Of a stretch of DNA of 64,000 bases, positions 54,036-62,503 are shown one piece after another. The DNA lies in the NCBI GenBank assembly GCA_041650915.1, contig JBAZKE010000002.1, positions 144,638 to 208,637 of the forward strand, given 5' to 3'. The notes beneath the pieces were generated by a model. That model worked only from the letters and a program-made list of their open reading frames with translations. It searched no databases and had not been told where the DNA came from. This stretch comes from Patescibacteria group bacterium (GTDB lineage Bacteria > Patescibacteriota > Patescibacteriia > UBA10025 > JAHIVO01). The translations under genes were made by a program, and so were the position numbers. Each line of letters begins with the position of its first letter. Position 1 is the stretch's first letter.

Positions 54036-56447
54036 TTACGTTTTTGTTGCTTTCGACTTGTACCGCTCGATGCTCAGGCGGATGATTTCCTCGAGCAGGT
54101 TTTCGAACGAAATGCCGGCGAGTTTTGCAGCGGACGCCAGGCCGTGGGGATCGGAATAGTTGAGCCACGGCGCGGGGTTGACCTCGAGCACGTATGGATT
54201 ATCGTCCCGGTCCACCTTGACGTCTACTCTGCCGTAGTCTTTGCAGTTGAGTATATTATACGTATCGAGCGCGATTTCGGTAATGAGGGATTCGATTTTT
54301 TTGCTGATGTTCTTTGGCGGCAGCTGGCGCGTTACCATGGCCTGATCGCCGCGCTGGAGCCACTTCGACTCGTACGTATTGATGTGCCAGGGCTTCTGCG
54401 TGCCGCCGTGGAAGATCGTGCGGCAGAGCGGCAGCACCCTGAGGTTTTCTTCACCGTTGCCGAGAATGTACACTTCGTATTCATCTCCGTCGATGTATTC
54501 CTCAATGAGGGCCGGCCGTTTCATCGTTCGGATGATCCGCTCGAGCTCCCGCTGCAATTCTTTCCTGTTGGTGACGATTGATTGGTCCGTGATGCCGAGG
54601 CAGTAATCGGTGCTCGAGGGCTTGACGATCAGCGGAAATTCAAGCTCGTCGTCAATTTCGTCTTCGAGCTCGTACGCGTAGTCCCACGCGGGCGTGGGAA
54701 TTTCATGGTACGCAAGCAGCTTCTTAAACCGTATCTTGTCGGCAGCGAGCGAGTGGGTAAAAACATCCGATCCCGTATAGGGGATTTGGAGCGCATCGAC
54801 GATCGCCGTTATCTGCGGCTTGAAACTGTCATCGTCGTAGAGCCGTTCCCCCAGGTTGAAGATGAGGTCGATTTCTCCCTTCCGGAGCACATCAAGCGAG
54901 CCCAGGAAATTATTGAGGTTGATCGTCGATACGTGGTATCCGATTGTTTCGAGCGTTTTTTGGACTGCAGTCGCCGATTCGGTAATGTTTTTTGCGATGG
55001 GATCCGACGTCTCTTTGTAGATATTGGCGAGTATGCCGATCTTGAGGTTTTTTATGTCATCCGATTCCCCTCGGTTGATCGCCTTGAGGCGCGCGGTCCT
55101 GATGAGCAGATTTTTGTTGAGGACGGCAGCAGACGTGCGGCTCTTTCGCTCTGTCTTGCCGAGTGAAGATTCCGGGTCGAACTTAACCACCTTGTACGAA
55201 ATCCGGGTGAGTATATCCTCGAGGTTATCCTGCGCGTCAATGGTATTTTCACCGGTCACCGTCAGCCATCCGAGGTGCTCAAAACCCTCCGGGGGAACGA
55301 GGATGGGGTCTCCGATGTGCTTGTAGATTTCGACCTCTTCTACGTATTTGAGTTTTTTGAGCGTGTCGGGATTATCGAGCTCGACGAGCATGCCCGATTC
55401 GTCAGGGTGGAGGTCCCACCCGATGATGTACTTTTTGGGAGTCTCCGGCGCGTGGATTTTCGGTATGTACTGGCCGATTGCGATTTTAACCGCGTACTCG
55501 ATCAGGTCAATGCCCCACGCGCTCTTCGTGTATGAGTACACGTAGTCGCCGCCCATCCTGAGGTTTACCTCAATCGGGAAAAAGCCTTTCTTCGAGTGCT
55601 TCGCCTCGAAATGAATGCACGCGTTCTGTATGCCGAGCTTCTCGACCGTCATCTCCGCCATCTCGAGTATATAGCTCTGTACGTTTGCCGGCAGGCTCGA
55701 GGGAATTGCCTGGCCGCTGTCGACAAAGAACAAACCCTTGTCCTTGTTGAAGTTGTCCGATATCGAATAAAATTTAATCCTTCCGTTCTGCAGGAGGATG
55801 TCAATATCGACCTCATCGCCATCGATGTACTCTTCTGCGAAGATGTCGAGCCCGTCTGACAGCGCGGACTCGATGCTCGTCGAGAGGTTGTTTTTAACGT
55901 AGCGGTAGAGGTCGGTGAGGCCTTCTTTTTTTTCAACCTTGACGACGTATGCGCTGCTCGATCCGTACGCCGGCTTGATGACGATCGGAAAAGCAAATTG
56001 GTCCCGCAGGTACTGCAGGTCTGACTCGTGCTTGACGAGGAGGTGCTGGGGGGTCGGAATATCGTGCGTGCGGCAGAACTCTCGGAAGAGGAATTTGTTC
56101 CGCACATTCTTGGCGATGCCGTACGGCACGCCAGTCAGATTGAATTTATCGACAATCCGCGAGGTGAGGAGTACGTCATCTTCCCAAAAGGTAAGCGCCC
56201 CGTCGAGCTTGATGTGGGGATTGGCGCTCAGGAATTCTTTGATTGCGGAGATCGCTTCATTGTAGTTGGTATTGTCGGCGATGATCCAGTGGTCAACATA
56301 CTGCTGCGCCCAGTTTTTTTCCCGGTTGAGGACGACAATCGTCAGGCCGAGCCGTTTGAGGCGCTGGATGATGAAGCGTTTTTTAATGGATCCGGTATTG
56401 ACGAGCAGGATCGTTTTGCCCTGCAGCGGGCTGTCATGCTGCCTCAT
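54036..56447 (-). CDS. tandem ATP-grasp ligase (N: L-amino-acid-ligase/carnosine-synthase-like; C: D-Ala-D-Ala-ligase-like)
   Basis: RNK..FR, IVIKP, EEYIDGDE, HFE, IEVNLRMGG; then IFNL, PYTGS, DK, LIVKP, EEYIDGDE, YESK, YGRVD, LEVNPAP. Confidence 0.87.
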   Translation of the reverse strand: MRQHDSPLQGKTILLVNTGSIKKRFIIQRLKRLGLTIVVLNREKNWAQQYVDHWIIADNTNYNEAISAIKEFLSANPHIKLDGALTFWEDDVLLTSRIVDKFNLTGVPYGIAKNVRNKFLFREFCRTHDIPTPQHLLVKHESDLQYLRDQFAFPIVIKPAYGSSSAYVVKVEKKEGLTDLYRYVKNNLSTSIESALSDGLDIFAEEYIDGDEVDIDILLQNGRIKFYSISDNFNKDKGLFFVDSGQAIPSSLPANVQSYILEMAEMTVEKLGIQNACIHFEAKHSKKGFFPIEVNLRMGGDYVYSYTKSAWGIDLIEYAVKIAIGQYIPKIHAPETPKKYIIGWDLHPDESGMLVELDNPDTLKKLKYVEEVEIYKHIGDPILVPPEGFEHLGWLTVTGENTIDAQDNLEDILTRISYKVVKFDPESSLGKTERKSRTSAAVLNKNLLIRTARLKAINRGESDDIKNLKIGILANIYKETSDPIAKNITESATAVQKTLETIGYHVSTINLNNFLGSLDVLRKGEIDLIFNLGERLYDDDSFKPQITAIVDALQIPYTGSDVFTHSLAADKIRFKKLLAYHEIPTPAWDYAYELEDEIDDELEFPLIVKPSSTDYCLGITDQSIVTNRKELQRELERIIRTMKRPALIEEYIDGDEYEVYILGNGEENLRVLPLCRTIFHGGTQKPWHINTYESKWLQRGDQAMVTRQLPPKNISKKIESLITEIALDTYNILNCKDYGRVDVKVDRDDNPYVLEVNPAPWLNYSDPHGLASAAKLAGISFENLLEEIIRLSIERYKSKATKT

Positions 56448-56609
56448 AGTGCCGGGGCGACAATTGCAAAGATGCCTCGTTCGTGGACGCGGTAACCGAA
56501 TAGTACTTTTTTCATTGGCACGTAAATCGTTAGTGGCAAGGTTTATCTACGCTAAAAAGTATACCGCTTTTTATGCGGATGTCTATAGACGGCCGGGAGG
56601 TGTGGAAAA

Positions 56610-57746
56610 CTAATTAGTGAACTTGAACGATTTCCAGGCGAGCGCGAAGGATACGACGATCCATCCTCCAATGAAGGCAAGCTGCGTGTAGATGTTCTGT
56701 ATTCCGCCGCCGTTGATCGCGACTTCGCGGAGCGCTTCGATCATCGGCGTGAGCGGCAGGTACTGCACGATTCCCGCAATCGCCTTCGGCAGGGTTTCCG
56801 ACGGGAAGAACACGCCGGAGAAGAACATCATCGGCATGGTCACGACCTGGGACAGCGCTTCCGCGGTCTTCGTGTTTTTCGAATACCCCGCGACCGCGAA
56901 TCCGATGTTCAGGAACACGACGCTTCCGAGGATGCAGATGAGGTAGAGGAGGAGGTAATTGCCGTACACGTTGACGCCGAAGGCGAGCTGTGCGAGCAGT
57001 ATGATGAGCGAGATCTGTATGATGTTCACAAAGAGGTATGAGAGCACTTCGGCCGCAAGAAAATTGCGTATTTTAATCGGGGTTGCGGACAGCCGCTTCA
57101 AGAGTTTTTGTTCACGGTATCTGCTGATGCCCGTTGCGATGCCGATCACTGCTGACATCATGATTGCCATGCCGAGTATGCCCGGCATGATGATGTCTAT
57201 GTACTTGATGTTTTTTGATTGGATGTTTTCGGTCGTGTATGAAAACAGTGTCGGTGCGCCTGCGGCCTGCAGGTTCATTTGGTCGATAAACTTATCGACG
57301 ACGCTCAGTGCGATTTGGTTCGTAGTGATGTTGCTCTCATCATAGTATACCTCGATGGGCGAGAGGCTTGGCAAGGCTTGGGACGGCGGGACTGCCGTAT
57401 CGCCCGCGCGGTCCTCCGGCATCTCAGCGGCTTCCGGAACGCTGAAATCTTCCGGTACGACGATGATGGCCTGGATGTCGCCATCGGCGAGCTGCTGCTT
57501 TGCCGCATCAAGCGTTTCGGGGGCATCCTGCTTCTTGAGGAACTCCAGTTTGTCAAAACCAGCCTGGAAGCTTGCCGAGAGTTCGCTCTCCGCGTGGTCG
57601 AATAGAATGTATTTCATGTCTCCCATCCGCTCAAAATCGAACAGCCCGAAGATGACGATGAACATGAGCGGGAACAGGAGCGACCAGAAGATCGCCTGCT
57701 TATCGCGGAAGGTCATTTTGATGTTGGCGACGAAAAGTTTTAACAT
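56610..57746 (-). CDS. ABC-2 type exporter permease
   Basis: FWSLLFP, PGILGM, LKRLSATP, FFSGVFFP, LPLT. Confidence 0.9.
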   Translation of the reverse strand: MLKLFVANIKMTFRDKQAIFWSLLFPLMFIVIFGLFDFERMGDMKYILFDHAESELSASFQAGFDKLEFLKKQDAPETLDAAKQQLADGDIQAIIVVPEDFSVPEAAEMPEDRAGDTAVPPSQALPSLSPIEVYYDESNITTNQIALSVVDKFIDQMNLQAAGAPTLFSYTTENIQSKNIKYIDIIMPGILGMAIMMSAVIGIATGISRYREQKLLKRLSATPIKIRNFLAAEVLSYLFVNIIQISLIILLAQLAFGVNVYGNYLLLYLICILGSVVFLNIGFAVAGYSKNTKTAEALSQVVTMPMMFFSGVFFPSETLPKAIAGIVQYLPLTPMIEALREVAINGGGIQNIYTQLAFIGGWIVVSFALAWKSFKFTN

Positions 57747-57749
57747 ACG

Positions 57750-58682
57750 TTACTCGCGGAGTTTTTTGCCGGTTAGGTCGAGGAATACGTCCTCGAGGTC
57801 AGCGGAGATTACTTCGAGATCCTGCATGAAGACGTTTGTCTTTTCAGCCCATTGGTACAGTTTGGGCAGGACCTCATTGCTCTTCGTTACCTTGAGGTGG
57901 TATACGTTATCCCCGTTTTTTTCCGTATTGAGGACGCCGTCGATGCGCTCGAGCTGGGCAAGGTCAAACCGCTCTTCTGCGCGGAAGTGGATTCGAGCGG
58001 ATGACTTGAGCTGGCGGACGAGGTTTTTGGGCGTATCAAGCGCGATAATCCTGCCCTCATCCATGATGCCGACGCGGTTGCACAGGTACTCGGCCTCTTC
58101 CATGTAGTGGGTGGTCAGTATTACCGTTTTGCCCTGCGCATTAATTTTTTTGATAAATTGCCACATGAGGTGCCGGGCCTGTGGGTCGAGCCCGGTCGTC
58201 GGCTCATCAAGGAAGACGATCTTCGGGTCATTGACGAGCGCCGCGCAGATCGAGAAGCGCTGCTGCTGCCCGCCGGAGAGCTGCTTGATGAGCGCCTTCT
58301 TTTTATCTTTCAGCTGTACGATTTCAAGGAGCCCGTCGGGATCGACCGCTTTTTCATAGAAGCTGCCGAAGAGCTTGAGGATTTCCCCGAGCCTGAGGTA
58401 TTCGTAGTACGCTGATGACTGGAGCTGGATGCCGATGAGGTTTTTGACCTTGTTCAGCTCGCGCTGCGTACTCTTGCCCTCGATGAGCGTCTCGCCGCCT
58501 GTCGGCTGCTGCAGCCCTTCGATGATTTCGAGGGTCGTGGTCTTGCCGGCGCCGTTCGGGCCGAGCAAGCCGAAAATTTCCCCCCGGTGCACTGAAAAAG
58601 AGACGGCGTCCACGGCAACGAGGTCCGTTTTATCCGGTTCTTTGAACTTTTTTGTTAATTTTTTTACCTCAATGACGTCCAT
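57750..58682 (-). CDS. ABC transporter ATP-binding protein
   Basis: GPNGAGKTT, LSGGQ, FLDEPT, TTHYMEEA. Confidence 0.95.
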   Translation of the reverse strand: MDVIEVKKLTKKFKEPDKTDLVAVDAVSFSVHRGEIFGLLGPNGAGKTTTLEIIEGLQQPTGGETLIEGKSTQRELNKVKNLIGIQLQSSAYYEYLRLGEILKLFGSFYEKAVDPDGLLEIVQLKDKKKALIKQLSGGQQQRFSICAALVNDPKIVFLDEPTTGLDPQARHLMWQFIKKINAQGKTVILTTHYMEEAEYLCNRVGIMDEGRIIALDTPKNLVRQLKSSARIHFRAEERFDLAQLERIDGVLNTEKNGDNVYHLKVTKSNEVLPKLYQWAEKTNVFMQDLEVISADLEDVFLDLTGKKLRE

Positions 58683-58730
58683 AGGCAGTTTTGTGACCTA
58701 TAGTGTAGCACAGGTGTGCGGCAATGAAAA

Positions 58731-58982
58731 TCATCTCCCCGCGGCCAGGATCAGCTGCAGCTTGTCGATTCGCGAGAGCTGCTTGATGCGGGCTTCTTCT
58801 CTTGAGGCAGTAGTGCGGGTCCGGTATTTTTTTGAGTATACCAACGCGAGCGGCCGCCGGGTACGTGTGTATTGTGCTCCGAGCGTTCCCGCGGTGTGCT
58901 CCCTGAGCCTCCGCTGGAGATCGGTTGTGATTCCGGTATAAAGTGTTCCGTCTTTGCACCTGAGCATGTAGACGCTGTACAT
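58731..58982 (-). CDS. GIY-YIG nuclease (UPF0213)
   Basis: VYMLRC.DGTLYTGITTDL.RR...H, A.YTR.RRP. Confidence 0.9.
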   Translation of the reverse strand: MYSVYMLRCKDGTLYTGITTDLQRRLREHTAGTLGAQYTRTRRPLALVYSKKYRTRTTASREEARIKQLSRIDKLQLILAAGR

Positions 58983-58988
58983 ATCGTA

Positions 58989-59411
58989 CTACTCAATTCC
59001 TTTTCCAAATCTCCAGAAGAAGGTGGTAATGTTCGGGTAGCCGTCGAGATACCGGATGGCGCGCCTGAGCTCGTACTGCGACAGCCCGTTGCTCAGGGAG
59101 ATTCTTTCGCCCCCGTACCCCGTGTACCATTTTTCAAGCACGGTACGCGAGCGTTCATCGCCGAGCTGCCCGAGCGCCCACACTGCCGAGTTCCGGCTCC
59201 GGAAGCTGTTCGTTGTGTCGTCGAGGTACGAGCAGAGCGCCGCCACGCAGTCGCCCGCATACTTCGCCTGCGCGATCTGGCACTGCTGCTTCACGCTGTA
59301 GCCGATGATGGTTACGCTGATCAGGAAAATGAGCATGAACGTTGCGAATCCGATGCCGGCTCCATACAGGATCGCATCTTTGAGTGTGATGTTTGGGAGT
59401 ATTTTTTTCAT
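58989..59411 (-). CDS. membrane-anchored HEAT-repeat protein
   Basis: TM, then RNSAVWALGQLGDERS. Confidence 0.72.
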   Translation of the reverse strand: MKKILPNITLKDAILYGAGIGFATFMLIFLISVTIIGYSVKQQCQIAQAKYAGDCVAALCSYLDDTTNSFRSRNSAVWALGQLGDERSRTVLEKWYTGYGGERISLSNGLSQYELRRAIRYLDGYPNITTFFWRFGKGIE

Positions 59412-59417
59412 AGACTG

Positions 59418-59621
59418 TTACTCAGCAAAGGTGAATATTTTTTCTATGTGTTTGTTGAATACGCGGGCGATCTTATAGGCGAGCTCAAGCGAGGGGACGT
59501 AGCCGCCCTTCTCGATGGCGATGACGGTCTGGCGGGTGACGCCGATTTTTACCGCGAACTCCTCTTGTGTCAGGCCGCGCTGCTTCCGCAGCTCTCTGAT
59601 GCTATTCTCGAGTGCCGCCAT
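59418..59621 (-). CDS. XRE/HTH_3 transcriptional regulator
   Basis: NSIRELRKQRGLTQEEFA..IGVTRQTVIAIEKG.Y.PSLELA. Confidence 0.92.
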   Translation of the reverse strand: MAALENSIRELRKQRGLTQEEFAVKIGVTRQTVIAIEKGGYVPSLELAYKIARVFNKHIEKIFTFAE

Positions 59622-60000
59622 ACTTTTTATTGAAGTAGTGGAAAAAGATCGCGTACAGCGTGATGTTGAACAGCGCGACGTAGCTGATAACGACGCCGAG
59701 CGACTCAACATAGAATTCATCGTTCTGCTGCCCCGAGAAGATGAGAAACAGCGCAACGATCCCCAGCAGGAGCGTCGAACTGAGGTGGGTCAGCCGGGCG
59801 GCGTGGCCGCTCACGTTGAGCACGCGCTCGTCAATGATAACGTGTTTGTACTGTTGCCGGACGAGGAATACGAAGAGGGCGCCGATGAGCAGGCCGGCGA
59901 TGGCCAGAAAAAGGTTGCCGATGACGAATGCTACCGCGGTGGTTATGCCGATGAGGAGGACGATTGCGAGGCGAATGATCGAAAAGCCTTTCAGCGTCAT
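59602..60000 (-). CDS. DUF2178 family membrane protein
   Basis: 4 TM with DER motif, overlaps the XRE gene. Confidence 0.75.
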   Translation of the reverse strand: MTLKGFSIIRLAIVLLIGITTAVAFVIGNLFLAIAGLLIGALFVFLVRQQYKHVIIDERVLNVSGHAARLTHLSSTLLLGIVALFLIFSGQQNDEFYVESLGVVISYVALFNITLYAIFFHYFNKKYGGTRE

Positions 60001-60030
60001 ACTGTTTCGTGGTAAATTGTGTATAGGTAT

Positions 60031-60059
60031 AATGTAAAGTCTACTTTACATATTGTCAA
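60031..60059 (-). promoter_or_regulatory. promoter with palindromic operator
   Basis: TTGACA (60059-60054), 17 bp, TACATT; palindrome ATGTAAAG-N4-CTTTACAT at 60032-60051. Confidence 0.75.
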
Positions 60060-60085
60060 TACGAGTTATCCACATGGGCATTAAA

Positions 60086-60107
60086 AAAACGCTTATATAA
60101 GCGTTTT
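60086..60107 (-). terminator. palindrome/terminator downstream of GNAT gene
   Basis: perfect palindrome AAAACGCTTATATAAGCGTTTT. Confidence 0.55.
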
Positions 60108-60123
60108 CTGTTGATACTGTTCG

Positions 60124-61239
60124 TCAAATTTTCAGATCATACATCCGGTATGTTTTGTAGATTTGCGCGCCGATCCGTTCAAGCACCGTGCGCATCGGTT
60201 TGTTCGATTCGTTGATCAGGGACATCTCTGTCCAGCGGTAGCCTTTTTTCCTGCCCTCTTCAAATGTTCTTTTGTAGAATACGTTGTCAAAACCGCGGTG
60301 GCGGTGCTCTTTGAGCACGCCCATCGCGAACGCGCGGAACGCATCAATGCTCCGCTTCTTAAGCAGTAGCTTGATGAGACCGACGGGAAGCAGCCTTCCG
60401 TTCGCTCGCTTGATCGCCTGGTTGATGTCCGGCAGGAACAGGGAGAAGCCGATCGGCTCGCCGTCGAGCTCAGCCACGAAGGTGATATCTTCATCGATCA
60501 CCATCTTGAGTTCCTTGGCGAGCGCCATGATCTCCTTCTCGTTCAGGGGGACCGCGCCCCAGTTCTCGTCCCACGCTTCGGTGTAGATTTTATGCACGAT
60601 CTTCGCTTCGCGCTCAATATACTTGAGATTCATTTTCCGTACGTGGAAGTTTTCGTATTTTTTTTCCACCTCATCTGCTTTTTTCAATACCGTATCGGGC
60701 AGCCCAATGCTGACATCCATCCGGTACGCGTACATGTCCTGCGAGCCTTTGAACCCGTATTGCTCGATGAGGCTGCCGTAGTAGGGCGGGTTGTGCGCCA
60801 TCATGACCATCGGCGGATGCTCGAAGCCGTCGACGAGCAGGGCGTACTCGCCGTTGATCGAGAAGCTGAACGGCCCGCGCATTGTCGAGTATCCCTTGTC
60901 CCGCAGCCACGCGGATGCGTAGTCGAAGAGCTTGTTCGCAACCGCACGGTCGTCGATGCATTCGAAAAATCCGAAGAATCCCGCTTTCTCATTGTGCCTC
61001 GTGACGTGCGGGATGTTTTCGTGCACGGACAGGCGGCCGGCCGGCTCGCCGTCGCACAGCGCCGTGATGAGCTGCACGCGCGAGTGGCGGTAGTACGGAT
61101 TCTTTTTCGGGTTGAGGAAGTCCATCCGCTCGGAGATGAGCGGCGGAACCCACGCAGGGTCATCTTTATAAATCGGCCAGGGGAGCTTCACGAACTGCTT
61201 GCGGTCCCGCTTGGTGCGGACTTCCTTGATAGTGATCAT
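60124..61239 (-). CDS. GNAT-fold acyltransferase, YghO/bacterial ceramide synthase (bCerS)-like
   Basis: LPW.IY.DDP.WVPPL, NPYY, GFFGFFEC, GPFSFSIN, LLVDGF..PP..MM.HNPPYY, WGAVP, PDIN, YKTYR. Confidence 0.78.
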   Translation of the reverse strand: MITIKEVRTKRDRKQFVKLPWPIYKDDPAWVPPLISERMDFLNPKKNPYYRHSRVQLITALCDGEPAGRLSVHENIPHVTRHNEKAGFFGFFECIDDRAVANKLFDYASAWLRDKGYSTMRGPFSFSINGEYALLVDGFEHPPMVMMAHNPPYYGSLIEQYGFKGSQDMYAYRMDVSIGLPDTVLKKADEVEKKYENFHVRKMNLKYIEREAKIVHKIYTEAWDENWGAVPLNEKEIMALAKELKMVIDEDITFVAELDGEPIGFSLFLPDINQAIKRANGRLLPVGLIKLLLKKRSIDAFRAFAMGVLKEHRHRGFDNVFYKRTFEEGRKKGYRWTEMSLINESNKPMRTVLERIGAQIYKTYRMYDLKI

Positions 61240-61344
61240 ATGGCACTAGTGTATCAGAAAAACGGTTTCAAGGCGATTGCGTTGCTGGCTGCCCGTGCCC
61301 CGTATGCGGAGAGTTTCCCGGCTGGCAGGTTCTTTGCATTGGCC

Positions 61345-61761
61345 TTATCCCAGGGCCTTTTTCAGCCGCATTGTGACTTCTTGCAGCAGCGCTTCCGATG
61401 TTACGAAATCGCGGTTGGTTTTGTAAAGATGCCCGTAGCAGGCATCCGTAAAAGTTATGCCCATAAACTTTTTCGGTTGTGCGTATCGGGGAACGAGGTG
61501 CGCGTGGAGGTGCCGGGTTTCATTGCCTAGGAACGCATAGTTGAACCAGTCCGGGTTAAAGCAGGCCAGCACGGCGCGCCGCAGCGTTTTTAGTATAGCG
61601 AAGAGCTCTTTCCATTCATCTTCCGTCGCATGAGTGAGGTCGAGCGCATTTTTTCTCGTGCACCAGATAACGCAGCGGCCGAGATACCCTTGATTTTCAT
61701 GGGCATACACCGACCAGTGCCTGAATTCTTTTATTAAAAATTTTGAGTAGTCTCGCTTCAT
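61345..61761 (-). CDS. HIT family protein
   Basis: NYAFLGNETRHLHAHLVPRY. Confidence 0.87.
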   Translation of the reverse strand: MKRDYSKFLIKEFRHWSVYAHENQGYLGRCVIWCTRKNALDLTHATEDEWKELFAILKTLRRAVLACFNPDWFNYAFLGNETRHLHAHLVPRYAQPKKFMGITFTDACYGHLYKTNRDFVTSEALLQEVTMRLKKALG

Positions 61762-61846
61762 AGTATAAGGACGCACGGCTGTGTGATATTACGTTCCACG
61801 GCGGAGAAAAAGGCCCCTGCGTATCGCCGTTCAATCATTCGTTGTG

Positions 61847-61951
61847 GCATAACGTTTATATATCATGCGCTACCCGCCGTAGCCTTTTTGAATAACGTAC
61901 CTTTAGCGAAGTGGGTGGCGAAGGCTGGGTGGCGTATATACGCTGTTGTCC
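61847..61951 (-). repeat. attC site (105 bp, last in array)
   Basis: minus strand GGACAAC-AGCGTATATACGCC...GCGCATGATATATAAAC-GTTATGC. Confidence 0.72.
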
Positions 61952-61967
61952 GATGTGCGCCATTTTT

Positions 61968-62378
61968 TTAATTTTTTTGACAATACTTTTGATTAAAATC
62001 ATTCTTATCACCGTATTCAGAAAAAGCCTCTTGATGTTTGGGTGGAAATAAATCTCGGTCCTTTTCATGTTTAATGCCACACCAATAGAGCTCGGTTTCG
62101 GCGCCCATTTTTGCCCAGTAATGAATCACTCCGTTTGCATAGCCGCAATACATGCAATAAAGCTTTTGAAATAAAGAAAGGTACGGTAATTTCGCACGGT
62201 CGGTAATCTTGATATAGTCTCTGCGTTTGACATACGGAATCCGCATCAGTGGAAAGCAGATTCTATGGTAGATTTCCGCCCAAATATCCAGTAGTAACAC
62301 CGGTAGTACAACTGTTGAGATAATCGGTGTAACAATCATATGTTTGAGCATCCTATGAGAATTTTTCAGATAAATCAT
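61968..62378 (-). CDS. cassette-borne hypothetical Cys-containing protein
   Basis: YHRICFP, YCMYCGYANG, YWCGIKH; AT-rich; lies between attC sites. Confidence 0.8.
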   Translation of the reverse strand: MIYLKNSHRMLKHMIVTPIISTVVLPVLLLDIWAEIYHRICFPLMRIPYVKRRDYIKITDRAKLPYLSLFQKLYCMYCGYANGVIHYWAKMGAETELYWCGIKHEKDRDLFPPKHQEAFSEYGDKNDFNQKYCQKN

Positions 62379-62401
62379 ATAGATAACAATTAGTACATTT
62401 T

Positions 62402-62467
62402 ATATAACGTTTGAGTCTCATGCGCAGTCCCGTCGAATGACCGGATGGCGTATATACGCTGTTAGGT
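62402..62467 (-). repeat. attC site (66 bp)
   Basis: minus strand ACCTAAC-AGCGTATATACGCC...GCGCATGAGACTCAAAC-GTTATAT. Confidence 0.78.
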
Positions 62468-62503
62468 GAAGTTAGCCCATGAATAATAAGAGTGAAAACA
62501 AAA

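Noticed and set aside
54025-54168. 5' extension of the MurL-like ORF
   Set aside because: Overlaps the ATP-grasp gene; ATG 54024 follows its stop by 11 bp.
58731-58982. GIY-YIG as homing endonuclease or mobile element
   Set aside because: Short stand-alone UPF0213 type with no intron or terminal repeats.
60066-60074. Perfect DnaA box as a second origin
   Set aside because: Single box with no trios or box cluster.
60592-61530. 312-aa + strand ORF
   Set aside because: Antisense shadow across the GNAT and HIT genes.
60124-61761. HIT and GNAT genes as further integron cassettes
   Set aside because: No AAC...GTT attC hairpin after either gene, and host-like GC.
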